From assembly GCA_039033475.1 (NCBI GenBank), contig JBCCCO010000001.1:23874-87873 (forward strand): DNA of 64,000 bases. The letters are read 5' to 3'. Position numbers and translations under genes: made by a program. The notes beneath the pieces were generated by a model. That model searched no databases. It was not told where the DNA came from and saw only the letters and a list, made by a program, of their open reading frames with translations. Shown here piece by piece: positions 32,902-43,547 of this stretch (positions are counted from its first letter, which is position 1; the number at the start of each line of letters is the position of its first letter). This DNA is from Pseudomonadota bacterium (GTDB lineage Bacteria; Pseudomonadota; Alphaproteobacteria; Rhizobiales; CBDHHC01).

Positions 32902-35019
32902 TTAACGAATCATGTTTTGAGCTTGAGCAAGTATATTCACAGAGATATCATCACCAGGCTTTACTGTAAAAGATTTTTCATAGGATTGTCCTTTATATTC
33001 TGCAACAACATGATATTGGTCGGCTTTGAGTATCAGCTCAGGCACGGGACGATTTGAATTCCACAAGCTGGTGTTCAAGTCTTGATTGGCGAAAATTTTC
33101 CAAAAGACATTTTGGATAGGAAAAGATTGTGGTGCCTTGGTGAGTGACAGCTTGATCCGCCCAGCATTGTGAGCCAATCTTGCGATGTGCTCTTTTCCTG
33201 GAGTAATGGTGAGTGTTTGTTCAATATCGGCGTTTATGGTGCCATATCGACCTTTAATAAGATACCTTCCTGTTGTTAACAAATATTTCGGATTTGGTTG
33301 GCTCGTACGTACAACTTCACGGCGCTTTGCATTTTCATCGAGGCGATAAATTCTATATGATATACTGTCTTTTAGACGTACTTGCGGCGCATTTGATAAG
33401 AATGATTCTATGCTCAAAGTGCCCGTATTAAAATTCAAAGTGGTTTGGGCCGTTTGATTTACACGCACCTCAATTTTTTGTTGTAGGCGAAGATGTTTAT
33501 ATTCCGCTGTTACAAGATACTGTCCCTCAGGTAAGCTTATGACCGGATCGTTTTCTACTGTTGTGAGAAGAGGGTAATTCGAGCTGTTATTATAAAGCTT
33601 TGAAGCGGGGTGGTATATATTATATACGACTTGAGAGAGGGGGGTGCCATTTTCATGAGATAGGCTGGATAAACTTAAGCGACCGATATTAAAAGCAAGA
33701 CGTAAATCAAATATTTTTCCCGCTGTAAGCGTAACAGGTTGTTCAAGCTTTAGACTGCCATAACGGGCAATGATATTGTAATCACCTGCGGGTAAGAGGA
33801 ATTCTGGGCGGCTTAAAAAGCTGCGAGCAAATACGTTTTTTTCTCCTTTAGAAATATTGGTTTTGTAGATCTCGTAAAAGACGTTTTCTAGTATAGGTCC
33901 CGCAGTTACTCTTGAGGTTTGTAGTTTTAAGGTTCCTGCTTTGAGATTTATAACGTATGCCTTCATACCTTGAGGTGGCACAGAAACGGTTTTGCGCTCC
34001 TTTAAATTTTTTCCATACCGTGCTTCGACAACATAATGTCCTGGTTCGAGATAGACCACTGGACTTGCCGTCTGTTTTTTAATCACATCGCTATCAGAGG
34101 TTTTGCTTTTTGATTTAGCTCCTTTTTTATAAATGCGCCATTGGATATCCTTTTCAAGGAATGCGCTATTTTTAGAAAGTGTTGCCGCCAACTTAACTCT
34201 CGAAGGTCCATCGGCTTCTTCTTTTAACTTTGGGCGATCTTTGCGTTTTTTGTAATCTGCGAGAAAGTCAAGAAACAGGTGTTGATGTTGTAGGCTAGGA
34301 AAACCAAATGCCTTGGAAAGTGCATTTTTCAAACTTTTTGCATCTGTTATGTTCGCGAAGGTGCCACCCGTATGAGACGTTAGACATTGGTAATTTTTTA
34401 TATTCTTTTTGCTGAGATTAATGCCAATGACATTGACTTTTAAATCTTGCGCTTTTTTCTTGAGGGTTTTGACTGTTGTACAAGGGCCACTGCGACAGGT
34501 GTCATAGCCATCTGCGAGCAAAATGATATTCGCTTTTTTTTTCGTATAGTCCAGAGAGCGGGCCGCTTTATCTAATGTAAAACTGATAGGTGCTCTGCCT
34601 TTCGGTTGGTAGTTTTTTAAAATTTGTGCAGAATTTATTTTTTTTGATCGGTTAACTTTGAGGGGATAGGAAACATCTTTGCATCCTTTGCGTTGCTGAG
34701 CACCGAAGACCATCATACCGTAAGATATTTTTGGAGGAAGCTTTTCTAGAACGTTTGGCAATTCACGTTTTAAAATCTCATATTTGGGAGTGCCTTGCAG
34801 TTTAGCCCACATCGAACTGGAGGCATCCAAAATCACCATATGGGTACGTTGTGTGGGATCATTTCGTAAAGCGATTTGCTCTTTTTCTGAAGCTGTCGCA
34901 ATAGTGCCCACCATTAGGTATGATAGGAAGACGGCAACAACAGCTAGATCTAAAGCGTGCGCTATTCTCTGTCGTATATGTTCGTTTTTATGATTCAAAC
35001 AGAACAATCGTCTCGACAT
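32902..35019 (-). CDS. membrane-anchored/exported vWA (MIDAS) protein with five C-terminal ~75-85 aa repeat modules
   Basis: It has an N-terminal hydrophobic anchor, the MIDAS motif DASSS, and the Cys pair DTCRSGPC. Five modules start at about aa 299, 387, 472, 561 and 645. It is a paralogue of the 517 aa protein. The start is probably ATG 35019. Confidence 0.8.
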   Translation of the reverse strand: MSRRLFCLNHKNEHIRQRIAHALDLAVVAVFLSYLMVGTIATASEKEQIALRNDPTQRTHMVILDASSSMWAKLQGTPKYEILKRELPNVLEKLPPKISYGMMVFGAQQRKGCKDVSYPLKVNRSKKINSAQILKNYQPKGRAPISFTLDKAARSLDYTKKKANIILLADGYDTCRSGPCTTVKTLKKKAQDLKVNVIGINLSKKNIKNYQCLTSHTGGTFANITDAKSLKNALSKAFGFPSLQHQHLFLDFLADYKKRKDRPKLKEEADGPSRVKLAATLSKNSAFLEKDIQWRIYKKGAKSKSKTSDSDVIKKQTASPVVYLEPGHYVVEARYGKNLKERKTVSVPPQGMKAYVINLKAGTLKLQTSRVTAGPILENVFYEIYKTNISKGEKNVFARSFLSRPEFLLPAGDYNIIARYGSLKLEQPVTLTAGKIFDLRLAFNIGRLSLSSLSHENGTPLSQVVYNIYHPASKLYNNSSNYPLLTTVENDPVISLPEGQYLVTAEYKHLRLQQKIEVRVNQTAQTTLNFNTGTLSIESFLSNAPQVRLKDSISYRIYRLDENAKRREVVRTSQPNPKYLLTTGRYLIKGRYGTINADIEQTLTITPGKEHIARLAHNAGRIKLSLTKAPQSFPIQNVFWKIFANQDLNTSLWNSNRPVPELILKADQYHVVAEYKGQSYEKSFTVKPGDDISVNILAQAQNMIR

Positions 35020-35130
35020 GAGACTTATTCTCCAAATAAGCATAATTATAATACTGGAATATAATTGGACGAAAATTGTTTTTTGTAAAGCTTTTAGGTG
35101 TCAAAATTTTGCACTGAAAGAAGCTAAATA

Positions 35131-35649
35131 TCATTGGTTGGCAAGCCAAGATGCGCCTAAAAGACCTGGAGAGAGAATAACACCAGCCCAAACAAAAGCG
35201 GACGCCGAACTTGCAAGAGCGAATGGAATGAGAGGCATGGCACAAATTCCTGCGACCAGAGGTGTAAGCGACCGCAAAGGGCCAATAAAACGGGTAGCAA
35301 ACATGCTTAGCCAACCCCATTTTTTGAAAAAGGTATGTCCCCTTTCGAGTAGGTCTTTGTTATTTTTTAGCGGCCAACGGTCATGTAGATGATCCTCAAA
35401 GTAATAACCTAATGCATAGGAAATCCAATCCCCGAGAGCTGCTCCAAGTCCCGCACAGAGCCAGAGCATAAGGCCGTTTGCTCCGCTTAATGTCAATGTT
35501 GCTGAAAAGCTTAAAAGAATGAGTGTACTTGGAACAAAAAGTGAAATTCCTATAACGGATTCGGCCATACATATTATGAATGCAATAACAAGGATATATT
35601 CGTCATAGGCTTTTACAAATTCTAAAATGAAATTCCAAAAATCGCTCAC
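35131..35649 (-). CDS. DedA/VTT-domain family membrane protein
   Basis: A 172 aa polytopic protein with a DedA-like core (GDWISYALGYY...FFKKWGWLSMFATRFIGPLR). Confidence 0.75.
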   Translation of the reverse strand: MSDFWNFILEFVKAYDEYILVIAFIICMAESVIGISLFVPSTLILLSFSATLTLSGANGLMLWLCAGLGAALGDWISYALGYYFEDHLHDRWPLKNNKDLLERGHTFFKKWGWLSMFATRFIGPLRSLTPLVAGICAMPLIPFALASSASAFVWAGVILSPGLLGASWLANQ

Positions 35650-35800
35650 ATTTGGGCCTAATCACAAAAGATACAATAAAGAAAGAACATTACAAAATGT
35701 CTTATGATTTTATGAAAATCTCATGAATTCATAGCAAATTATGACAGCCTAAGTGTAAAATAAGTGGACATTACCTCATTTATTTGTAGAAAGTCGTGGC

Positions 35801-36880
35801 ATGATGCAGCTAAACGATTTTGATTTCCATCTGCCAGAAGAGTTGATAGCACTTCGCCCGGTAATGCCGCGAGATGCAGCACGTATGTTAGCCATTGGCA
35901 GACAGAACATGCCGTTTCAAGATTCGCATATTCATGCTCTTTCAGAGTTGTTGCGTGAGGGAGATGCTTTGGTTTTTAACAATACTAAAGTTATTCCGGC
36001 TCGTTTGACGGGGCATCGTGTAGGGCGAGGTGAAACATCTCCCAAAATTGAAGTGACCCTGCATCAGAAAAAAGTGGATCATGAAAAACAAGGTGTGATT
36101 TGGTCAGCTTTTGTAAAGCCGGCAAAAAAATTACAGAGTGATGATATCATTGATTTTGCTGATGGTAGCTTACAAGCTTGTGTTCTTGAGAAAGGGCAGG
36201 GGGGTGAAGTGGTTTTGGCTTTTGATGTCGAAAACGATATGTTTGAGAGCAAGCTTGCTGATGTTGGCGTGATGCCATTGCCGCCCTATATTGCTTCAAA
36301 GCGCGTGGTGGATGAAAAAGATTATGAGGATTATCAAACACAATTTGCGCGCACTCCTGGTGCCGTTGCAGCTCCAACGGCAGGGCTACATTTTACCAAT
36401 AGTTTATTAGAGCAGTTACACCAAAAAGGGGTTTCTCAACATTATATTACCCTTCATGTGGGGGCTGGCACATTCTTGCCTGTCAAAGTTGAGAATATTC
36501 ATGAGCATAACATGCATTCAGAATGGGCCGTACTTGATGCTTCAACGGCAGAGGCTCTGAATGCAGTTAAGCGAAATGGGGGGCGTATTATCGCTATTGG
36601 TACGACATCATTGCGGGTTTTGGAAAGTTTTTGTAATACACAAGGAATGTTAGCTCCAAATGCTCGTGAAACAGATATTTTTATAACGCCGGGCTATAAG
36701 TTTCGCTGTGTTGATATTTTGCTGACGAATTTCCATTTGCCAAAATCAACATTATTCATGCTTGTGAGCGCATTTTGCGGTCTTGATGTAATGAAAGCAG
36801 CTTATGCTCATGCGATTGCCCAAAAATATCGATTTTATTCCTATGGTGATGCATGTTTTCTCCATAGGTGTGATTTGTAA
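35801..36880 (+). CDS. queA: S-adenosylmethionine:tRNA ribosyltransferase-isomerase
   Basis: It has the canonical N-terminus FDFHLPEELIALRP, PLPPYI, and the C-terminal FYSYGDA. Confidence 0.95.
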   Translation: MMQLNDFDFHLPEELIALRPVMPRDAARMLAIGRQNMPFQDSHIHALSELLREGDALVFNNTKVIPARLTGHRVGRGETSPKIEVTLHQKKVDHEKQGVIWSAFVKPAKKLQSDDIIDFADGSLQACVLEKGQGGEVVLAFDVENDMFESKLADVGVMPLPPYIASKRVVDEKDYEDYQTQFARTPGAVAAPTAGLHFTNSLLEQLHQKGVSQHYITLHVGAGTFLPVKVENIHEHNMHSEWAVLDASTAEALNAVKRNGGRIIAIGTTSLRVLESFCNTQGMLAPNARETDIFITPGYKFRCVDILLTNFHLPKSTLFMLVSAFCGLDVMKAAYAHAIAQKYRFYSYGDACFLHRCDL

Positions 36881-36898
36881 AATGAAAATAACAAAAAA

Positions 36899-38023
36899 AT
36901 GACCGAGACGTTTTCGTATACCTTGAAGAAACAAGATGGCAATGCCCGTCTTGGAGAAATTATCACACCACATGGCAAGATACGCACGCCAGCATTTATG
37001 CCTGTTGGTACTGCGGCCACTGTCAAAGCGATGTTTCCTGAAACGGTAAAAGCCACTGGTGCTGATGTTATCTTGGGCAATACCTATCACCTGATGTTGC
37101 GCCCTGGTGCAGAGCGTATTGCCAGGCTGGGTGGTTTACATCAATTCATGAATTGGGAGGGGCCGATTTTGACAGATTCTGGAGGATTCCAGGTGATGTC
37201 GCTGGCAAAGTTGCGAACTCTTTCAGAGCAAGGTGTTGTGTTTCAATCTCATATTGATGGGTCACGACATGAAATTACGCCAGAACGCTCGATGGAAATT
37301 CAATGTCTGTTAGGCTCAGATATTGTTATGATTTTCGATGAATGCACATCCTATCCATGCGAGAAAGATGAAGCAGAGCGCTCTATGCAATTGTCATTGC
37401 GCTGGGCTGAAAGGTCCAAAACAGCTTTTGGAACACGCCCTGGTCAAGCGCTTTTTGGCATTGTGCAGGGGAGTATTTTTCCTGAATTGCGTGAGCATTC
37501 ATCAAAAGCATTGATCGATATTGGCTTTGATGGGTATGCTGTTGGTGGTCTTGCCGTTGGCGAAGGACAAGAGGTTATGTTTTCAACGCTCGATGTCACG
37601 GTGCCGTTTTTACCGCAAAACAAGCCGCGTTATCTCATGGGGGTTGGCACGCCTGAAGATATGATTGGAGCTGTTGCGCGGGGCATTGATATGTTTGACT
37701 GTGTGATGCCAACGCGTTCTGGGCGCCATGGTCAGGCCTTTACATGGAATGGACGGGTCAATCTAAAAAATGCCAGCCATGCAGATGATGACCGGCCTCT
37801 TGATCCTGAAAGCTCTTGCCGGGCAGCTAATGTATATAGCCGTGCTTATCTGCATCATCTGGTTAAATCTGGTGAAGTTCTTGGCGCCATGCTTTTAACA
37901 TGGATTAATGTTCATTTTTACCAAGAGCTTATGACAACGCTGCGTGATGCTATTGAAAATGGGAATTTCCAAACCGTTCGTGAAACGATTTTAGAACGTA
38001 TTGAGCGTAAGCCTATGTCGTAA
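36899..38023 (+). CDS. tgt: tRNA-guanine transglycosylase
   Basis: It has the motifs [24 protein letters not shown] and DCVMPTR. Confidence 0.95.
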   Translation: MTETFSYTLKKQDGNARLGEIITPHGKIRTPAFMPVGTAATVKAMFPETVKATGADVILGNTYHLMLRPGAERIARLGGLHQFMNWEGPILTDSGGFQVMSLAKLRTLSEQGVVFQSHIDGSRHEITPERSMEIQCLLGSDIVMIFDECTSYPCEKDEAERSMQLSLRWAERSKTAFGTRPGQALFGIVQGSIFPELREHSSKALIDIGFDGYAVGGLAVGEGQEVMFSTLDVTVPFLPQNKPRYLMGVGTPEDMIGAVARGIDMFDCVMPTRSGRHGQAFTWNGRVNLKNASHADDDRPLDPESSCRAANVYSRAYLHHLVKSGEVLGAMLLTWINVHFYQELMTTLRDAIENGNFQTVRETILERIERKPMS

Positions 38024-38075
38024 TTGAGAGAAGCAAAATGGACCATATAAGACAATCTCTTTTTGTTTAATAACG

Positions 38076-40049
38076 CTATATATCAAGAGTGTTATCATTC
38101 ACAAATTCAGCATTGTCTTGAATGAACTTAAAACGTGCCTCAGGTTTATTGCCCATAAGTTGGTTAATGGTATCTGATGTTTCTTGACGCTCTGCATCAT
38201 CAACTTCAACACGAAGCAGCATACGTGTTTCAGGTTTCATCGTGGTTTCTTTTAATTGCGCTGCCATCATTTCACCTAAGCCTTTAAATCTGGAAATTTC
38301 GATTTTGCCGCGACCAGTGAACTCTTTTTTCAACAGCTCATCTTTATGGCTGTCCGTTTGCGCATAAATAGTCTTGCTTCCTTGCGTGATCTTATAAAGT
38401 GGAGGAACCGCTATATACAGATTTCCATTTTCTATCATGCGGGGCATCTGTTGATAGAAAAATGTAATGAGCAACGAGGCGATATGAGCGCCATCAACAT
38501 CAGCATCTGTCATTATAATTACTTTTTCATAACGCAAATCCTCATTGCGGTACCCGTTGCCGATGCCACATCCAAGGGCTTGAATAAGGTCAGAAAGCAA
38601 TTGGTTTTGTAAGAGCTTCGTACTGCTTGCGCTGGCGACATTGAGAATTTTTCCGCGTAAGGGCAACACAGCTTGATTGGTTCGATTACGGGCCTGTTTT
38701 GCAGAACCACCCGCGCTATCGCCCTCAACGATGAAAATTTCTGTGCCATCTTTAGATGATTTTGAACAATCGGCCAGTTTGCCAGGTAGGCGCAATTTGC
38801 GTACGGCTGTTTTGCGGTTGACTTCTTTTTCACGTTTGCGGCGAAGGCGCTCTTCGGATCTGGCAAGAACCCATTCCAGCAGTTTGCTGGCTTGATTGGG
38901 GTGCCCGGTTAACCAATGATCAAACTCATCGCGTATGGTGTTTTCTACAATTCTTGCAGCTTCTTGGGTTGCCAATTTATCTTTGGTTTGCCCTTGAAAT
39001 TCTGGCTCACGAATAAAGACTGAAAGCATCCCAGCAAGAGATGTGAAGACATCATCTGCTGTAATTTGTGATGTTTTCTTATTATTCGTCAATTCGCCAT
39101 AGTTTTTGAGACCTTTGGTGATGGCAGCGCGCAGTCCAGTTTCGTGGGTGCCCCCTTCAGGGGTTGGAACTGTGTTACAGTAGGAATTCAGAAAGCCATC
39201 ACGATCTCCAAGCCAACAAATTGCCCACTCAACAGAGCCGTGTTTTCCATCTTGCTCGACCTTGCCACTGAAAAAATCCTGAGCCACCATAGTGCTGCCG
39301 TCTATACGGTCTTTCAGGAAGTCTTGTAGGCCGTTTGGAAAATGAAATACAGCAGAAGTTGGTGTATTGTCTTTGGCATCGATCAAGCTTTCATCGCACG
39401 ACCACCTGATTTCCACACCGCCAAATAAATAGGCTTTTGATCTGGCCATTTTCATAAGACGCGCAGGTTTGAAGGTGGCTTTTTTACCAAATATATCAGT
39501 GTCTGGTTTAAAGCGTACTTTTGTGCCGCGACGGTTTTTAATGCTACCCAGTTTTTTCAAGGCGCCTTGAGGTTTGCCGCGTTTGAAACTTTGGCTGTAC
39601 AGTTTTTGATCTCTGGCAACTTCAACTTCCAGGTGCTCTGACAAAGCATTGACAACGGAAACTCCAACACCATGTAGGCCGCCAGAGGTTTCATATGCTT
39701 TTGAATCAAATTTTCCCCCGGCATGAAGGGTCGTCATGATCACCTCAAGGGCTGACTTCTTTTTAAATTTTGGATGAGGGTCTGTGGGAATACCCCTCCC
39801 ATTGTCGGTTACGGTTAGGTATCCATCTTCTGTTAGGCTGACATCAATCCAATCGGCATAGCCTGCAACAGCCTCATCCATGGAGTTGTCGATAACCTCT
39901 GCAAATAAGTGATGCAACGCCTTTTCATCGGTGCCGCCGATATACATACCAGGGCGTCTACGCACAGGCTCTAAGCCTTCTAGAACCTCAATATCAGCTG
40001 CAGTGTAAGATTGCTCTGCGGATTGTGAGCGTTGAGATTTCGTCGTCAT
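38076..40049 (-). CDS. parE: DNA topoisomerase IV subunit B
   Basis: It has GHKL and TOPRIM motifs (LEGLEPVRRRPGMYIGGT, EIFIVEGDSAGGSAKQ). The ~657 aa length fits ParE rather than GyrB. The start is probably ATG 40049. Confidence 0.88.
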   Translation of the reverse strand: MTTKSQRSQSAEQSYTAADIEVLEGLEPVRRRPGMYIGGTDEKALHHLFAEVIDNSMDEAVAGYADWIDVSLTEDGYLTVTDNGRGIPTDPHPKFKKKSALEVIMTTLHAGGKFDSKAYETSGGLHGVGVSVVNALSEHLEVEVARDQKLYSQSFKRGKPQGALKKLGSIKNRRGTKVRFKPDTDIFGKKATFKPARLMKMARSKAYLFGGVEIRWSCDESLIDAKDNTPTSAVFHFPNGLQDFLKDRIDGSTMVAQDFFSGKVEQDGKHGSVEWAICWLGDRDGFLNSYCNTVPTPEGGTHETGLRAAITKGLKNYGELTNNKKTSQITADDVFTSLAGMLSVFIREPEFQGQTKDKLATQEAARIVENTIRDEFDHWLTGHPNQASKLLEWVLARSEERLRRKREKEVNRKTAVRKLRLPGKLADCSKSSKDGTEIFIVEGDSAGGSAKQARNRTNQAVLPLRGKILNVASASSTKLLQNQLLSDLIQALGCGIGNGYRNEDLRYEKVIIMTDADVDGAHIASLLITFFYQQMPRMIENGNLYIAVPPLYKITQGSKTIYAQTDSHKDELLKKEFTGRGKIEISRFKGLGEMMAAQLKETTMKPETRMLLRVEVDDAERQETSDTINQLMGNKPEARFKFIQDNAEFVNDNTLDI

Positions 40050-40281
40050 GGTTTTAGGTACCTTGTTGATTATTTTAGATTTGCACTGATGCTTTGAGGT
40101 AGCTTTGTTTTTTTCCAATCAGTTGAGCAAAGAGAGTTTGATATGAGGTCATAATCACTATTTTTTTAAATATAATAATGAAGTAAGACAGGAATCATCT
40201 GTCAAAAAATATCATGTTACGTGGCATGATCTATCGTATTTATCAATAAGGTTGGTGAAAATATATCTAACTCGCTGTTTT

Positions 40282-40614
40282 TCAAGCTCTATTGTGGGTA
40301 AGTGTTTTTATAATCCAGCCAATAAGTCGCAAGATTGCGCTCACAGTAAGGCCAACAAGCAGCAATAACATAGCTTTTGGGTTAAGGTCGCCAAGTGTTG
40401 TCGCATACACATGGGACATATTTTCAGGAAAAAAGTTGCGCATATGCTGGGTCAGAAAAATCAGCACATCGCCTGCGATTACAACAAGAGAGCCAAATAC
40501 TCCCACATGGAATATATTGAGGTAGGTATAGGCAACAACAGCAAGTAAAACTTCAAAAAGCAGTTGTGCTGCTGAAATAAACGGAAGAAGAAGAATTCTA
40601 ATAATATCACTCAT
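40282..40614 (-). CDS. small hypothetical membrane protein (about 3 TM helices)
   Basis: A 110 aa hydrophobic ORF with no recognisable family motif. The coding call rests only on ORF length and TM-like composition. Confidence 0.4.
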   Translation of the reverse strand: MSDIIRILLLPFISAAQLLFEVLLAVVAYTYLNIFHVGVFGSLVVIAGDVLIFLTQHMRNFFPENMSHVYATTLGDLNPKAMLLLLVGLTVSAILRLIGWIIKTLTHNRA

Positions 40615-40692
40615 AAATTATGTCTGCCCATATTTTTATATGCTTAGATTAATCCTAGCAGGAACAAGGAAAGCACGTTTTGAATATTCAAG

Positions 40693-40822
40693 CCCTCAGC
40701 TGTCATTCCAGCGGAAGCTGAAATCTCAACAAAAATCACAGCGAGATTCCCGCTTTCGCGAGAATGACGGTATGTGTTGCGCTTTAAAAAATTTATGCAA
40801 CAACCATCGCGGAATGACGGGG
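40693..40822. repeat. ~130 bp MITE-like palindromic repeat, copy B (inverted relative to copy A)
   Basis: The reverse complement of 40693-40790 reads ttttaaagcgcaacacataccgtcattctcgcgaaagcgggaatctcgctg...ttccgctggaatgacagctgaggg. This matches 8478-8576 with few substitutions. Confidence 0.8.
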
Positions 40823-40888
40823 TTTTGTATGTTTTTCCTTAATCCATGACTAAAACCAGATTATATCATCCTTCTTAACCTATAAATA

Positions 40889-42997
40889 TTAGCCTGCCAA
40901 AAATAATTTTACCGCTTCATCACAATCAAACAAATACATCAAAGTTCGCAATGCTTGGCCTCGTTCTGTTTGCAAATAAGGATCGGAATGCCAAATAAGT
41001 TTGGCATCATCACTGGCAACTTTCAGAAAGTCTGAGAAATTTGGTAAATTGGCTAGGCGAAATTCAGGCATACCGCTTTGTCGGGCACCTAATACCTCAC
41101 CACCGCCGCGCAAACGTAAATCTTCCTCAGCAATGACAAAGCCGTCTTCAGTTTCTCGCATAATGTTGAGGCGTGATGTGGCAGTTGCGCTGAGCGGTGC
41201 TTGATAGAGCAAGATACACGAGGATTGTGCTTGCCCCCGGCCCACTCGGCCGCGCAATTGATGTAGTTGTGCCAGTCCAAAACGTTCGGCATGTTCAATC
41301 ACCATGATCGAGGCATTTGGCACATTCACCCCCACCTCAATCACAGTGGTTGAAACCAGAATGGAAAGATCTCCTGCGGAAAAGGCCGCCATGATAGCAT
41401 CTTTATCTTGTGCTTTCATCTGACCGTGAACAAGGCCGACTTTATCACCAAAATATTGTTGCAAATGTGCAAAACGTTCTTCAGCTGCGGCTAAGTCAAT
41501 CTTTTGCGAGGTTTCCACAAGCGGGCATACCCAATAGGCTTGAGTGCCTGTTGCCAGTGCACGTTTGATGCCCAAAAAGACATCTTCAATACGATCTGCG
41601 GGCAAAGCGCGCGTTGTGACAGGTTTGCGGCCTGCAGGTTTTTCTGTTAAGCGCGAGACATCCATATCGCCATAATTTGTTAACAGCAAAGTTCGCGGAA
41701 TAGGGGTGGCGGTCATTACCAGCATATCCGTGCCGGCACCTCCTCCTTTCGATTGCAGGGCGAGACGTTGATGCACCCCAAAACGATGTTGTTCGTCGAT
41801 AATCGCAAGGCCGAGGTTCCGAAAAATAACGTCATGTTGAAAAATGGCATGGGTACCAATCAAAATATCGGTGTCTCCGGATTCAACCCGGCCTAGAATA
41901 TCTTTGCGGGGGCGGCCTTTTTCTCGCCCTGTCAGCAGTTCAACTTTTATGCCTGCGGGATCTGTTAATGGCAGCAGTGTTTCCATATGCTGCCGGGCTA
42001 ATACCTCGGTTGGAGCCATCATGGCAGTTTGCAAACCCGTTTCAAGAGCAGCCGCCATCACCAACAGAGCAACGATGGTTTTCCCGCTGCCCACGTCTCC
42101 TTGCAACAGACGGAGCATTCGGTGTGGGGCGGCCATATCTGCTTTGATTTCCTGCAATGCCGTTTCTTGCGAATTTGTCAAAGAAAACGGCAATGCGTCA
42201 CGAATAACTGTTGCGATTTTTTCTGTTGCAATGATCTCCCGCCCTTTGGTTTTTTTCAAATTAGCCCGAACCAGAGCAAGAGCCAATTGATTGGCCAGAA
42301 CTTCATCATAGGCCAGGCGCAATCGGGCAGGGCTGGTTGTGGCAATATCTATCTCTTTTTCCGGGCGATGTAATTTATCAAGTGCTTCGTTAAATGTGGG
42401 AAAATGGTTTTTTGTAAGCCAACTTTCATTTTGCCATTCGGCAAGAGTGGGCATCTGCTTTAGCGCATTGACTATAATTTTGCGAAGGACTTTGTTAGAG
42501 AGCCCTGCTGTAAGGGGGTATACCGGTTCTAGCAGTGGTATTTGGTTGAATTCTTCAGGGGTAAAAATATGGTCAGGGTGGGGCAATTGTTTTTTTTCAT
42601 TAAAACTTTCTACGCGGCCACTGATATAGCGCCATTCCCCAACAGGTAATGAGCGTGATAAAAACTGTGGGTCACCACGAAAGAAAATCAGGTCGATAAA
42701 TCCGGTTTCGTCTGAACAGGTCACTCGGTAGGGAGCGCGCCCTCTTGGGCGTTGATGCTTTACAATCTGGAGTTTCATTGTGGCCAATTGTCCTGGCACA
42801 GCATCAGCAATTTGAGGTTGGGCGCTCCGATCAATCACGCCATTGGGCAGATGCCAGGTTAGATCTATCACGCGTGCATCAGCCCCATCTTTTAAACTTA
42901 AAAGTTTCTTTAGCAATGTTGCGATGCGCGGTCCCACCCCATCAAGGGTTTTTGCGTCGGCAAAGAGTGGATTAAGTATGCTGGGACGTTGAGACAC
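40889..42997 (-). CDS. recG: ATP-dependent DNA helicase RecG
   Basis: It has a wedge domain plus SF2 helicase motifs (GDVGSGKT, DEQHRFG, TATPIPRT, LHGQMK, QLHQLRGRVGRG). Confidence 0.93.
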   Translation of the reverse strand: MSQRPSILNPLFADAKTLDGVGPRIATLLKKLLSLKDGADARVIDLTWHLPNGVIDRSAQPQIADAVPGQLATMKLQIVKHQRPRGRAPYRVTCSDETGFIDLIFFRGDPQFLSRSLPVGEWRYISGRVESFNEKKQLPHPDHIFTPEEFNQIPLLEPVYPLTAGLSNKVLRKIIVNALKQMPTLAEWQNESWLTKNHFPTFNEALDKLHRPEKEIDIATTSPARLRLAYDEVLANQLALALVRANLKKTKGREIIATEKIATVIRDALPFSLTNSQETALQEIKADMAAPHRMLRLLQGDVGSGKTIVALLVMAAALETGLQTAMMAPTEVLARQHMETLLPLTDPAGIKVELLTGREKGRPRKDILGRVESGDTDILIGTHAIFQHDVIFRNLGLAIIDEQHRFGVHQRLALQSKGGGAGTDMLVMTATPIPRTLLLTNYGDMDVSRLTEKPAGRKPVTTRALPADRIEDVFLGIKRALATGTQAYWVCPLVETSQKIDLAAAEERFAHLQQYFGDKVGLVHGQMKAQDKDAIMAAFSAGDLSILVSTTVIEVGVNVPNASIMVIEHAERFGLAQLHQLRGRVGRGQAQSSCILLYQAPLSATATSRLNIMRETEDGFVIAEEDLRLRGGGEVLGARQSGMPEFRLANLPNFSDFLKVASDDAKLIWHSDPYLQTERGQALRTLMYLFDCDEAVKLFLAG

Positions 42998-43184
42998 GAA
43001 AAATTATGATCCGTAGACAGAAGCTATAAACTGTAAATGTAAACTTTTAAGTAGTGATATTCTGCAAATCAGAAAAACGAAAGTGAAAATATTACGTATA
43101 ACATGTAAGCGATACGCATATTAGCTGACAATTCCCAGATTTGTTAGTATACCAATGAAACTTAACAGCTTTTAGGATCATCAT

Positions 43185-43457
43185 ATGTCAGAGCATATAA
43201 CCGATTTTGAAACACGCAAAAAGCGTGCACTTTATAGAGCCAATCATCGCGGCATAAAAGAAATGGATATTATAATAGGAAAATTTGCAGAAGGGACACT
43301 CAAAGACATGACGGAGGCAGAGTTAAACATCTTTGAGGAATTTTTGAATATCTCTGACCGGGAATTAGAAGGCTGGATTATGCGTGACGAATATAACGCT
43401 GATGGAGAATTTGCATCCTTAGTCGATCAAGTGCGGACCTTCCACAATATTATATAA
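43185..43457 (+). CDS. sdhE: FAD assembly factor SdhE (SDHAF2/DUF339 family)
   Basis: A 90 aa protein with the motifs RGIKEMDIIIGKF and DRELEGWI. It is in the conserved position between recG and mfd. Confidence 0.8.
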   Translation: MSEHITDFETRKKRALYRANHRGIKEMDIIIGKFAEGTLKDMTEAELNIFEEFLNISDRELEGWIMRDEYNADGEFASLVDQVRTFHNII

Positions 43458-43547
43458 ATCGCAATTAAAGTGCGTTCTTGAGAGTTGCAAAATTATAAGT
43501 GGGCTTATAAACAAGTATCAAAAACTTGTTTGAAAGCGTCAAAAAGA

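Noticed and set aside
35018-35392. Overlapping ORFs of 124 aa (+) and 110 aa (-) between the vWA gene and the DedA gene
   Set aside because: They overlap the well-supported DedA CDS and the vWA gene start. They have no motifs and probably only span the promoter and intergenic region.
40640-40849. A 69-aa plus-strand ORF between the small membrane protein gene and recG
   Set aside because: It is made up almost entirely of the MITE-like palindromic repeat (copy B). The frame is a by-product of the repeat, not a gene.
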